Virus record (IMG/VR): IMGVR_UViG_3300030329_003470
Location: 64,001-128,000 of that record
Reading direction: 5' to 3' (one strand)
Source: a virus
DNA: 64,000 nt
Positions 7,570 to 15,122 of this stretch are shown here, piece by piece (position 1 is the stretch's first letter; every line of letters starts with the position of its first letter). The translations under genes were made by a program, and so were the position numbers. The notes below the pieces were generated by a model, which saw only the letters and a program-made list of their open reading frames with translations, was not told the DNA's origin and did not search any database.

Positions 7570-7980
7570 AAAGATGGTTTACAACCATCTGAAACTCGCT
7601 TACGCTCGTTTCTTTTTTTAACTTAACGCAGTATAAAAAAACTTGAACGCAATTTGCGTCCTATGTGGCAGATGAGCAGTCACAATACGGCTATTTCTAG
7701 CCGTACTGACTTTAACCCATGTGGCGAGTTCGCAGTCACCATACATCGTTACCAAATTGGCCGGGCGGTTGTGCTGTACCCGTTAACTCATACTTCCAAC
7801 GCGAGCCTACTATGCCTTTGTATGATAATTCATAATAGACTTGAGGTTGCTTTTTCTCAGAGCCTCTTCATTTTTGCTGTTTGCATCAAGGGATTCACCT
7901 GTCGCTTGTTAGCCGCATTTCCCTGCTCACTGGTCGAGATGCTATGTTTGCCTGATTGAAATTGTGATGTGCCTATCGCA
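7570..7980 (-). ncRNA. Candidate large structured non-coding RNA, family unassigned
   Basis: About 46% GC over 7681-7980 (hand count 138/300) versus roughly one third in flanking genes. At least 8 helices; GNRA loops (GAAA, GTAA) read only on the minus strand; TTGACC and TATAAACA promoter-like motifs at 8011-7983; hairpin plus U7 at 7660-7635. Confidence 0.62.
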
Positions 7981-8023
7981 TATGTTTATATGAGTTTTCT
8001 TTTAAGGTCAATCTTTTTGGCTT

Positions 8024-8029
8024 TAAATA
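8024..8029 (+). promoter_or_regulatory. Late promoter core TAAATA
   Basis: Ends 5 nt before ATG 8035. Confidence 0.55.
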
Positions 8030-8034
8030 TGATT

Positions 8035-8466
8035 ATGAATTGGCAGTACCAAGGAAAAGACATTGTAGAATTACCAAATGATTGTGTAGGATTTGTTTAT
8101 CAAATAACAAATACAACCAATGGTAGGATGTATATTGGCAAAAAATTAGCAAGATTTAGAAAGTCACGTAGACCTTTAAAGGGCAGAGTTAACAAACGTA
8201 GGTACACTGTGTCCAGTGATTGGCAACATTACTATGGTTCGAGTGATGCTTTAAATGAGGACATTGAAAAATTTGGTAAAGATAATTTTAAAAGAGAAAT
8301 ACTTTTCTACTGCAAATCAAAAGCAGAACTATCATACATTGAAGCCAGAGAACAGTTTGCACGTAAAGTTTTAGAAACTGATGATTATTATAATGGTCAT
8401 ATTCGTGTGCGAATACACGGTTCTGGAATTCTCAGAGAAAAATCTACAAAGGGTATTTTAAAATAG
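8035..8466 (+). CDS. GIY-YIG family endonuclease (Seg-like, stand-alone)
   Basis: GFVYQITNTTNGRMYIGKK (GIY-YIG), YYGSS, FKREIL..C.SK, E..EQF and YYNG motifs; start moved from the track's 7969 to ATG 8035. Confidence 0.8.
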   Translation: MNWQYQGKDIVELPNDCVGFVYQITNTTNGRMYIGKKLARFRKSRRPLKGRVNKRRYTVSSDWQHYYGSSDALNEDIEKFGKDNFKREILFYCKSKAELSYIEAREQFARKVLETDDYYNGHIRVRIHGSGILREKSTKGILK

Positions 8467-8495
8467 AAAAACCCCCGACTAGTAAAAGCCGAGGG
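8467..8495 (-). terminator. Intrinsic terminator for the Hc1-like gene (possibly bidirectional)
   Basis: Minus strand CCCTCGGC-ttttacta-GTCGGGGG followed by TTTTT, between convergent genes. Confidence 0.7.
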
Positions 8496-8524
8496 TTTAT
8501 TTGAATTAATTCAAGTAAAATTCT

Positions 8525-8713
8525 TTACGCCGCCTTAGCCGCGTTTTTCGCCTCTTGAATTTCTTTTCTTCTTGCTTTGATCAATTTAGAAAGATTCGCT
8601 AATGCTTTTCTGGCTCTTGTTGCAGATGCCTTAACACCCTTCTCTGTGAACTTGCCGTTCTCTTCAGAGTAGTTTTGAATCTCTGTCATGATCTGTTCAT
8701 GTGTTTGTGACAT
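8525..8713 (-). CDS. Histone H1-like (Hc1-family) small basic DNA-binding protein
   Basis: 62 aa with KGVKASATRARKAL..L.K..KARRKE, matching the chlamydial/Bacteroidota Hc1-like pattern; GGAAGGA RBS. Confidence 0.6.
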   Translation of the reverse strand: MSQTHEQIMTEIQNYSEENGKFTEKGVKASATRARKALANLSKLIKARRKEIQEAKNAAKAA

Positions 8714-8758
8714 ATCTTTTTGTCCTTCCTATGTTCGTACGATATAATTAATTAACAT

Positions 8759-9304
8759 ATGTTTAATTTAAGCACACAAGAAGTGGTTTTGTCAATAGAA
8801 AATTCGCCTTTGGTAAATTTAGAAGGATTAGTTTACCAAGAATATGATAATTTTTTTGGTAATAACTTTAATTTAGACGTTAGCAAGAAAGAAAATTTTG
8901 AAAAATTAGAAAATCAAACACATTTGAATCGTGTAAAATTGTCTGATAATGATATTGATTTAAAAAAAATTAAAATACTTTTTATGAATACGCAAATTAC
9001 CAAAGCATTAGAAAAAAAGTTTAATACAAATTTAAAATTTGAATCAGTTGATGTTTGGATTGATGGTAAGGGTTACAAATTAACACCACACGTTGATGAC
9101 TCTAGAATTAAGTTACATTTACAAGTGTATCTTAGCAACGATAACAAAGGCACAACATTATATGACAAGACAAGAAAAGAATTATATACGTTTCCGTTCA
9201 AAGCAAATTTTGGATATGCTTTGCTTAATAATGAACATAGTTATCATGGAGTCGAGGAAATTATAAAAGACGGGAGAACAAGTTTATATGTCAGATTCAG
9301 TTAG
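8759..9304 (+). CDS. 2OG-Fe(II) oxygenase
   Basis: H-x-D (PHVDD), distal His (SYHGV) and C-terminal R-x-S-L-Y. Confidence 0.7.
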   Translation: MFNLSTQEVVLSIENSPLVNLEGLVYQEYDNFFGNNFNLDVSKKENFEKLENQTHLNRVKLSDNDIDLKKIKILFMNTQITKALEKKFNTNLKFESVDVWIDGKGYKLTPHVDDSRIKLHLQVYLSNDNKGTTLYDKTRKELYTFPFKANFGYALLNNEHSYHGVEEIIKDGRTSLYVRFS

Positions 9305-10091
9305 CAAAACATTATATCCAATTGAAGACAAATATCTTTTGAAAATAAAAAATGATTTTTTTGCAACTAATCAAAAACAAGTGCAATCAAAAGACTTTAT
9401 TTTACAAGCAAACGAATGGTTTCAAAGTACAAAATTAAACAACTTGTCTGGATGGGACAAATTTACTCATATGGATGTAATGTTAGGTTGTACGCATTTT
9501 ATAGAGGCAACTTGTCTGCGATATGGGTGGAAAATACAGCACCTTCCAAACGAATATCTTTATTATACACTTAACGGAAAACGTCCAACACAAATAGATC
9601 AATTAAAAGAGAATGTACCTTTGATAATAAGTTTACCCATATGGCAATATTGCGATATACATCCAGAATGGGATAAAATTTTAAAGATCTGTGAAGAAAG
9701 AAATATTAATATTCATATAGACGGTGCTTGGTTCCAATCTGCTAGAAATATTGAATTTGATTTTGATCATCCAAACATACAAAGTTTTGGTATGAGTATT
9801 GGAAAAGGACTTGACTTACAATGGAATAGAATAGGATTAAGATGGAGTAGACAAAAATCAATTGATAGTATTACTCTTATGAACCAATGGGATCAAATGC
9901 ATCACACAGCAATCACGTGTGGTTCTTTTATTATGAATAATGTTGAAAAAGATTATGCTTGGAACAAATATAGTGAAGCAAATGAAAAAATTGCTAAACA
10001 AAATTCTTTACAACAGACAAATAGTTGTCATGTATTAAAAGATAATAATAATAATTTATGGGGAATAGGAAAAATTATTTCTAAACAATAA
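9288..10091 (+). CDS. PLP-dependent transferase-like protein (fold type I, truncated)
   Basis: IHIDGAW (D-x-A-like) and MSIGKG (S-x-x-K Schiff-base Lys) motifs. Confidence 0.45.
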   Translation: MSDSVSKTLYPIEDKYLLKIKNDFFATNQKQVQSKDFILQANEWFQSTKLNNLSGWDKFTHMDVMLGCTHFIEATCLRYGWKIQHLPNEYLYYTLNGKRPTQIDQLKENVPLIISLPIWQYCDIHPEWDKILKICEERNINIHIDGAWFQSARNIEFDFDHPNIQSFGMSIGKGLDLQWNRIGLRWSRQKSIDSITLMNQWDQMHHTAITCGSFIMNNVEKDYAWNKYSEANEKIAKQNSLQQTNSCHVLKDNNNNLWGIGKIISKQ

Positions 10092-11856
10092 TTTCAACAT
10101 CATTAGCATAGTTTGTAAATCCATTTTCTTTTACAACTTTTAGTACTGAATTTACTCTGCTTACCAATTCGTCTTTGTGAGATATTAAAAATATATTTTT
10201 TTGTTGTGTTCTGCTCATGTCTTTTAGCACCGCCATTGAACTTTCAACACCCGATATATCCATACCAGCATCTACAAGTTCATCAATAAACAACAAGTTG
10301 ATCTGTTGATAAAGTGATTCCCATACATCTCTGAATGCCCAACTTAAACTTAATATCAATCTGTTTCTTTCACCTCTGCTTAAATTATCAAAGTCTAGTT
10401 CTCTACCAAGTTCTTCAATACGCACAGTCAAGTCTGGTTGGAAAACAACTGTGTGTGGCAATTTTACTTTGCCTAAGAAAAATGCTAAACGTTGATTTAG
10501 ATATGTTAAGTTTTGTTCAATTATTCTTGTTCTTATAAACGAATCTTTTGCAGTTAACAATTTATATAAGAATTCTTGGTGTCTGTGCAAGTCTTCCATT
10601 TCGTTAACTTTAGTATAATCAATTTTTTGTATTGCCTTTTTAGTTAATTCTTCTATTTGTTCAGCATACGGGTCATTTTTCTTTTCAGTTTGTTCTAATT
10701 GACGTTGTAAATCTTTTAATGAACCTTTATGATTGTATGCTTCATCAATACTGTCATAATAAGTGTCAGGTGTTTGTCCTAGATCACCTATTGTATCAAT
10801 GTCTTGTTGTATTTTTGCAAGATCACTTTTTAATTTCTCGCTGTATGTTTTACTTTCAGTAAGTGTTTCTGTTAATTGTTCAGTTAAATGTTTATGTTTT
10901 TCGTCATGAAGTGATTGTTCACAAGTTGGACATTTTGCATCTTTGGCAAATTCTAAATCAGTTTCTGTTTTTGTTATGTTTGTTTCTGCTTTAGTTAAAC
11001 TATCTTCGTGATATGCTTTTTCTTTGTTTAAACTTAATTGTTTAATGTAATTTTCATTGTGTTTTTGTAATTTTTTGTGTGCATCAAGTTCTGCTTTAAT
11101 GTCTACTTTTTCCAATTCTGCTATTGCTTCGTTAAATTTTGCAATATCTTCTTCTTTTTGTGTTTGCCATGCACTTGATCTTATTTTTAAACTTTCAATA
11201 GATTCTTGTATTTTTTCATTTGATGACATTTTTGAATCTATTTTGTATTTTTCTTCCAGAACTTCTGTTTTAGTTGCCTTCATTTTTTCTTTAAGCAAGT
11301 CTGCTTTTTGAGATAATAATGTTATACCAAGCAACTGCTCAATAATTTCTCTTTGTTCTGCTTGTTTGGTTGCTAAAAATGGTAGTGTATAAGTGTTCAA
11401 TGCAATTATGTTTTTAAACATAGCAAGAGTCATACCAACCAGTTTATTAATTTCTTGTTGTGTTTCTCTGTTTTCACCTTGTGCTTCGTTGCTGTCTGTA
11501 TTTTGTTCAATATTGTTTGCATAGAATTTAAAGATGCCAGGTTTTCTACCTCTTTCAATAGTATATTCTACATTATTTTTAACAAACTTAACACTAACTA
11601 ACATTCCTCTTTCGTTAGTTTTGTTTACAAGATTATCTCTTCTAATGTTTGTTAGTGCTTCACCGTAGAACACATAAGACAATGCATTGATAATAGTTGT
11701 TTTACCTGTACCGTTTCTAGCACCAGCATCATCACCACCCAAGTCTAAGTTTTCACCAATAACTAAAACTAAATTTTTATTGGCAAAGTTTATACTTTGT
11801 GTAGCATTACCCACACTCATAAAGTTTTTAACTGTAAGTTCTTTAATTGTTAACAT
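10081..11856 (-). CDS. gp46: Rad50/SbcC-like recombination ATPase (T4 gp46)
   Basis: Walker A NGTGKT, coiled coil with CPTC zinc hook, LSRGE signature, FIDE Walker B, ISH. Confidence 0.92.
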   Translation of the reverse strand: MLTIKELTVKNFMSVGNATQSINFANKNLVLVIGENLDLGGDDAGARNGTGKTTIINALSYVFYGEALTNIRRDNLVNKTNERGMLVSVKFVKNNVEYTIERGRKPGIFKFYANNIEQNTDSNEAQGENRETQQEINKLVGMTLAMFKNIIALNTYTLPFLATKQAEQREIIEQLLGITLLSQKADLLKEKMKATKTEVLEEKYKIDSKMSSNEKIQESIESLKIRSSAWQTQKEEDIAKFNEAIAELEKVDIKAELDAHKKLQKHNENYIKQLSLNKEKAYHEDSLTKAETNITKTETDLEFAKDAKCPTCEQSLHDEKHKHLTEQLTETLTESKTYSEKLKSDLAKIQQDIDTIGDLGQTPDTYYDSIDEAYNHKGSLKDLQRQLEQTEKKNDPYAEQIEELTKKAIQKIDYTKVNEMEDLHRHQEFLYKLLTAKDSFIRTRIIEQNLTYLNQRLAFFLGKVKLPHTVVFQPDLTVRIEELGRELDFDNLSRGERNRLILSLSWAFRDVWESLYQQINLLFIDELVDAGMDISGVESSMAVLKDMSRTQQKNIFLISHKDELVSRVNSVLKVVKENGFTNYANDVEIIV

Positions 11857-12862
11857 CTAAATCGTTGTAAATTGCTGTTAATATGTTTTTGTCATATGTT
11901 TCAGAATCTACACCTTGTAATTGTTTAATAACAATTTGATCAACACTATCAAATTTTTGCACTTCAACTGTAGGCTGTTGTGCTTGATCAAGTTGTTCTG
12001 GTATTAGTTGTAATTCTCTTAATTGATATTTGTCAATAAATGTTTCTCGTATAAAGTTTGCTTCTTCATAAGATATTTTTATATCCAATGATACTCTTAC
12101 ATACATTTTTGGTTTTAAATGTTTTTCAGGATCTGCCAACAATTCAGATATTTTTATTGTTCTATATCTTGGCATATCCGGCCAATTAATATATTTTGGT
12201 TTGTTGCCGTATTCTATTATCATCATACCACGTTCATCATCCCAAGCGTCTGCGTAGTTGTGCGGAAATGCATTACCCATATAAGTTACATTTGCGTTTT
12301 GTTGTCTTTTATGGAAGTGTCCTGAGAAAACTTCTCCACAATTTGCAAAGTGTTCTGTTTTAATAGTTCCAACATCTGGCATATCTACCATTGCGTTCAT
12401 TTTAAAATACGGAAGTTCAAAGTGTCCAAACACATATTTTTGTTTCATTTTTTGTATTGTTTTCCATTCATCTCCAACCACCCACGGAATAATTGCAACG
12501 TCATCTTCAACAATCCATTCATTAACAAGATGTATGCCTGGAATATTTCTAATATATTCCATTGAATTAATTTCTCTTTTTTCTCTGTAAAATAAATCGT
12601 GATTACCCATTATTACATAAACTTTTTCAAACGCCGCACCTAGTCTTTCCATATTAGATACAGTGTAGTTCATTGTAGAAACGTTGGTTGCTGATCTTTG
12701 GTGGTGCCAATCACCTAAGAATATACAAGTTTCGCAACCGTGTGCTTTGGCTTGTTCAATAAACCAATGAATAAAAGATTCACAATCATCATTGTGTACT
12801 CTAGAATTTCCTTTTAATCCAAAGTGTATGTCTGTAAAACAAGCGACTTTTTTAAAAAACAT
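11843..12862 (-). CDS. gp47: Mre11/SbcD-like recombination nuclease (T4 gp47)
   Basis: Metallophosphoesterase motifs TDIHFG, GDW, GNHD, GHFE and SGHFH; adjacent to gp46. Confidence 0.92.
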   Translation of the reverse strand: MFFKKVACFTDIHFGLKGNSRVHNDDCESFIHWFIEQAKAHGCETCIFLGDWHHQRSATNVSTMNYTVSNMERLGAAFEKVYVIMGNHDLFYREKREINSMEYIRNIPGIHLVNEWIVEDDVAIIPWVVGDEWKTIQKMKQKYVFGHFELPYFKMNAMVDMPDVGTIKTEHFANCGEVFSGHFHKRQQNANVTYMGNAFPHNYADAWDDERGMMIIEYGNKPKYINWPDMPRYRTIKISELLADPEKHLKPKMYVRVSLDIKISYEEANFIRETFIDKYQLRELQLIPEQLDQAQQPTVEVQKFDSVDQIVIKQLQGVDSETYDKNILTAIYNDLDVNN

Positions 12863-12865
12863 ATA

Positions 12866-13846
12866 TTACCATCTTTTTTTAACTGGTGCTTTGTGTCCTG
12901 TCATATCATATTTTTTATAATTGACATCTTCAAAATCATCTTTAGACAAAGATCCAGTTTTTTTAAGTTTTTTGTTTAGTTTTGCAATACCAGTTTTGTT
13001 AACAATTTTTACATCACCGTGTACATTTGCCATTCGTTTTTTATATGCAACTGTGTTTCTTTCATTTTCTCCTTGTCTAGTAAACGATGGCATCATATGA
13101 TTTAATTCTAATAAGTCATCTCTAATGGATTGATTTTTCTTTTCAATGTTTAATATTCTTGTAAATGAATTTGTAATTGCCGCAGTATAATATGCAAAAG
13201 GATTTTCTGATTTGCTTTCATCAAACTGTAAACCAATTTGTGATAACTGCATTAGTGCTTGTGATTGCATTTCATCATTATATGTGTAACCTCTCCAGTT
13301 TGCTCTTGTACCATAACGTTCACACAATTTCATAAACATCATTGCAAGACTGTTTGTAATTTTTCCATGATCACAAGAGAAATGTCCATTTGACATTCCA
13401 CCAATCCAGTGTGATTTTCCTACACATTGTAGTTTGCCTTTTTTATCTAATCTATAATGTTGAAAAGGCGGAAAGTTTACTTTGGCATGATGATCCGATG
13501 TTTGCTTAGGATTTTTCTTTCTAGTAGAGTCCAAAGGAACATGATCATAAGTGTTTACTCTAAATACCAAATCAGTTTTATCAATTTTTCTTGGAGAAAC
13601 AGTACAGTTTGTTAGTTTAATTTTTTTATCACCTGATGCTTTTGCTTCTTCCCATGCCAGTTGTGTTAATCTTTTTGCTTTGGCTTTTCTGGCTTTTGCT
13701 ATTGTTGTAGGGTTAATTTTTTTAAGGTTAGGTACTATGATATCATACTGTGAATCCTCTGGAGCCACGTATGAACAATATGTATTTTTGCTGGCGTGTA
13801 TTTGTGCCAACAGATCTCGGTTGTTTAGGTATTTCACTCTCTTCAT
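12866..13846 (-). CDS. gp55: Late transcription sigma factor (T4 gp55-like) with a long basic insertion
   Basis: YLNNRDLL N-terminus and NWRGYTYNDEM..NPFAYYT.AI.NSF.R...EKK region; upstream of gp47-gp46 as in T4-like phages; matches the TATAAATA promoters. Confidence 0.75.
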   Translation of the reverse strand: MKRVKYLNNRDLLAQIHASKNTYCSYVAPEDSQYDIIVPNLKKINPTTIAKARKAKAKRLTQLAWEEAKASGDKKIKLTNCTVSPRKIDKTDLVFRVNTYDHVPLDSTRKKNPKQTSDHHAKVNFPPFQHYRLDKKGKLQCVGKSHWIGGMSNGHFSCDHGKITNSLAMMFMKLCERYGTRANWRGYTYNDEMQSQALMQLSQIGLQFDESKSENPFAYYTAAITNSFTRILNIEKKNQSIRDDLLELNHMMPSFTRQGENERNTVAYKKRMANVHGDVKIVNKTGIAKLNKKLKKTGSLSKDDFEDVNYKKYDMTGHKAPVKKRW

Positions 13847-13934
13847 AATTATCTCTTTTATTTTGCTAAAATGACCACAAACAGGTCTGTTGAATTGTGC
13901 CGTACGGTTAATTAAATACGCCTATAATTGTGCC

Positions 13935-13942
13935 TATAAATA
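13935..13942 (+). promoter_or_regulatory. Late promoter TATAAATA for the baseplate operon
   Basis: Exact consensus; a second TAAATA lies at 13913-13918. Confidence 0.7.
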
Positions 13943-13949
13943 TGTTTAA

Positions 13950-13978
13950 AGTATACGAAATTTAACAAAGGAAAGCAA
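13950..13978 (-). promoter_or_regulatory. Sigma70-type promoter for gp55-gp47-gp46
   Basis: TTGCTT (13978-13973), 17-nt spacer, TATACT (13955-13950). Confidence 0.6.
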
Positions 13979-13987
13979 CCAAAAAAA

Positions 13988-14821
13988 ATGGCATTCGGTA
14001 ACCAAAATACAAGACCAAACGTTGGAATAGGAGACGTGGTTAAAAATGTTGGAACAGGCATTTATAATCGTACGATAGGACGTTTGTTTAGTTCTGGTAT
14101 TAGAAGAGATTCTAGAATAGTTAATGCACGGGCAAAATGGAGTGGTAGAGATTCTAAAAAAGATTGGCGTGTGAAATTAAAAGTACCAACAGGTTCACCA
14201 TTAGAAGCATTTTTCTTTGAAAACAATCAATTACTGCAACCATTAAGAGAAGAAATGGGAATTTTTTGGCCGTTGACACCATCAATTGTTATACAGTATT
14301 CAGCAAACTATAATGCAATGGAGCAAACACACAGTAACTATCCTCACTATCAATATGGAAATTCACAAGTTGATCAAATGAATATATTTGGAGAATTTCC
14401 TGTACAGAATCAGGATGACGCAAAACATTGGGTTGCAACAGTAAATTTTTTAAGAACAGCCTCAAAAATGTTTTTTGGTGAAGATGAAGGGTATGGTTTA
14501 AAAGGAAACCCACCGCCAATATTTCATTTGTATGGATACGGTGACCATATGTTCAATAAAGTTCCAGTAATTATTAACACTTTTAACGTTGAACTAAGAT
14601 CAGGAATAGATTATATTTCAACACAACAATCTGATGTTTATAGATCAGACTCTAACATTGATTATCAACAACAAGACTCAACATGGGCACCAACATTATC
14701 AACCATATCAGTTCTTGTATCACCTATCTACTCTAGAGAGTCAGTTAAAAACTTTAGTATGTCTAAATTTGTACGTGGTGAATTAAACGGAAAAGGTGCA
14801 AACGAAATAGGATTTATTTAA
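13988..14821 (+). CDS. Baseplate/tail-tube initiator-like protein (gp48/gp54-like)
   Basis: FWPLTPSI..QYSANY..HSNYP..F.VQN..DA..W...FLR...KM.FG..PPP...L.GYG...F..VPV pattern; first gene of the baseplate operon. Confidence 0.55.
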   Translation: MAFGNQNTRPNVGIGDVVKNVGTGIYNRTIGRLFSSGIRRDSRIVNARAKWSGRDSKKDWRVKLKVPTGSPLEAFFFENNQLLQPLREEMGIFWPLTPSIVIQYSANYNAMEQTHSNYPHYQYGNSQVDQMNIFGEFPVQNQDDAKHWVATVNFLRTASKMFFGEDEGYGLKGNPPPIFHLYGYGDHMFNKVPVIINTFNVELRSGIDYISTQQSDVYRSDSNIDYQQQDSTWAPTLSTISVLVSPIYSRESVKNFSMSKFVRGELNGKGANEIGFI

Positions 14822-15120
14822 TGGCAGGCTATTCTCGAACATCACCCTATTTTGAAACACCAATGTCTGCAGACAATCTGGAGATATTAACTCCAAGAAC
14901 AATTACTGTTGAAGATGATGATCAATCATACACAATTGAAAGAACTTACGCATACAGACCAGACCTTTTAGCATATGACTTGTATGGTACTCCAAGATTA
15001 TGGTGGGTTTTTGCTCAACGTAATCCAGATAAAATAGAAGATCCAATTTACGATTTCAAAATAGGAGTAACCATTCAGTTACCAAAGAAAGAATTATTGC
15101 TTAAAGATTTAGGAGTATAA
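14821..15120 (+). CDS. LysM-like baseplate wedge protein (gp53-like)
   Basis: YRPDLLAYDLYGTPRLWWVFAQRN..DP..DF..G..I.LP. Confidence 0.75.
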   Translation: MAGYSRTSPYFETPMSADNLEILTPRTITVEDDDQSYTIERTYAYRPDLLAYDLYGTPRLWWVFAQRNPDKIEDPIYDFKIGVTIQLPKKELLLKDLGV

Positions 15121-15122
15121 TC

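Noticed and set aside
7654-7959. 101-aa plus-strand ORF, and the 7969 start of the next ORF, in the track
   Set aside because: TTG start without RBS, atypical composition and antisense to a strongly structured interval; the GIY-YIG domain begins at ATG 8035 just after a late promoter.
7570-7980. Structured interval as tRNA, tmRNA, RNase P or group I intron
   Set aside because: No cloverleaf or CCA end, no tmRNA-like termini, no recognisable RNase P P4 motif, and it does not interrupt a gene; checked by eye only, so cmscan is still needed.
8736-13915. CGTACG followed by TTAATTAA in two divergent promoter regions (8736-8755 and 13901-13915)
   Set aside because: Spacing differs (6 versus 1 nt), and TTAATTAA is common in AT-rich DNA.
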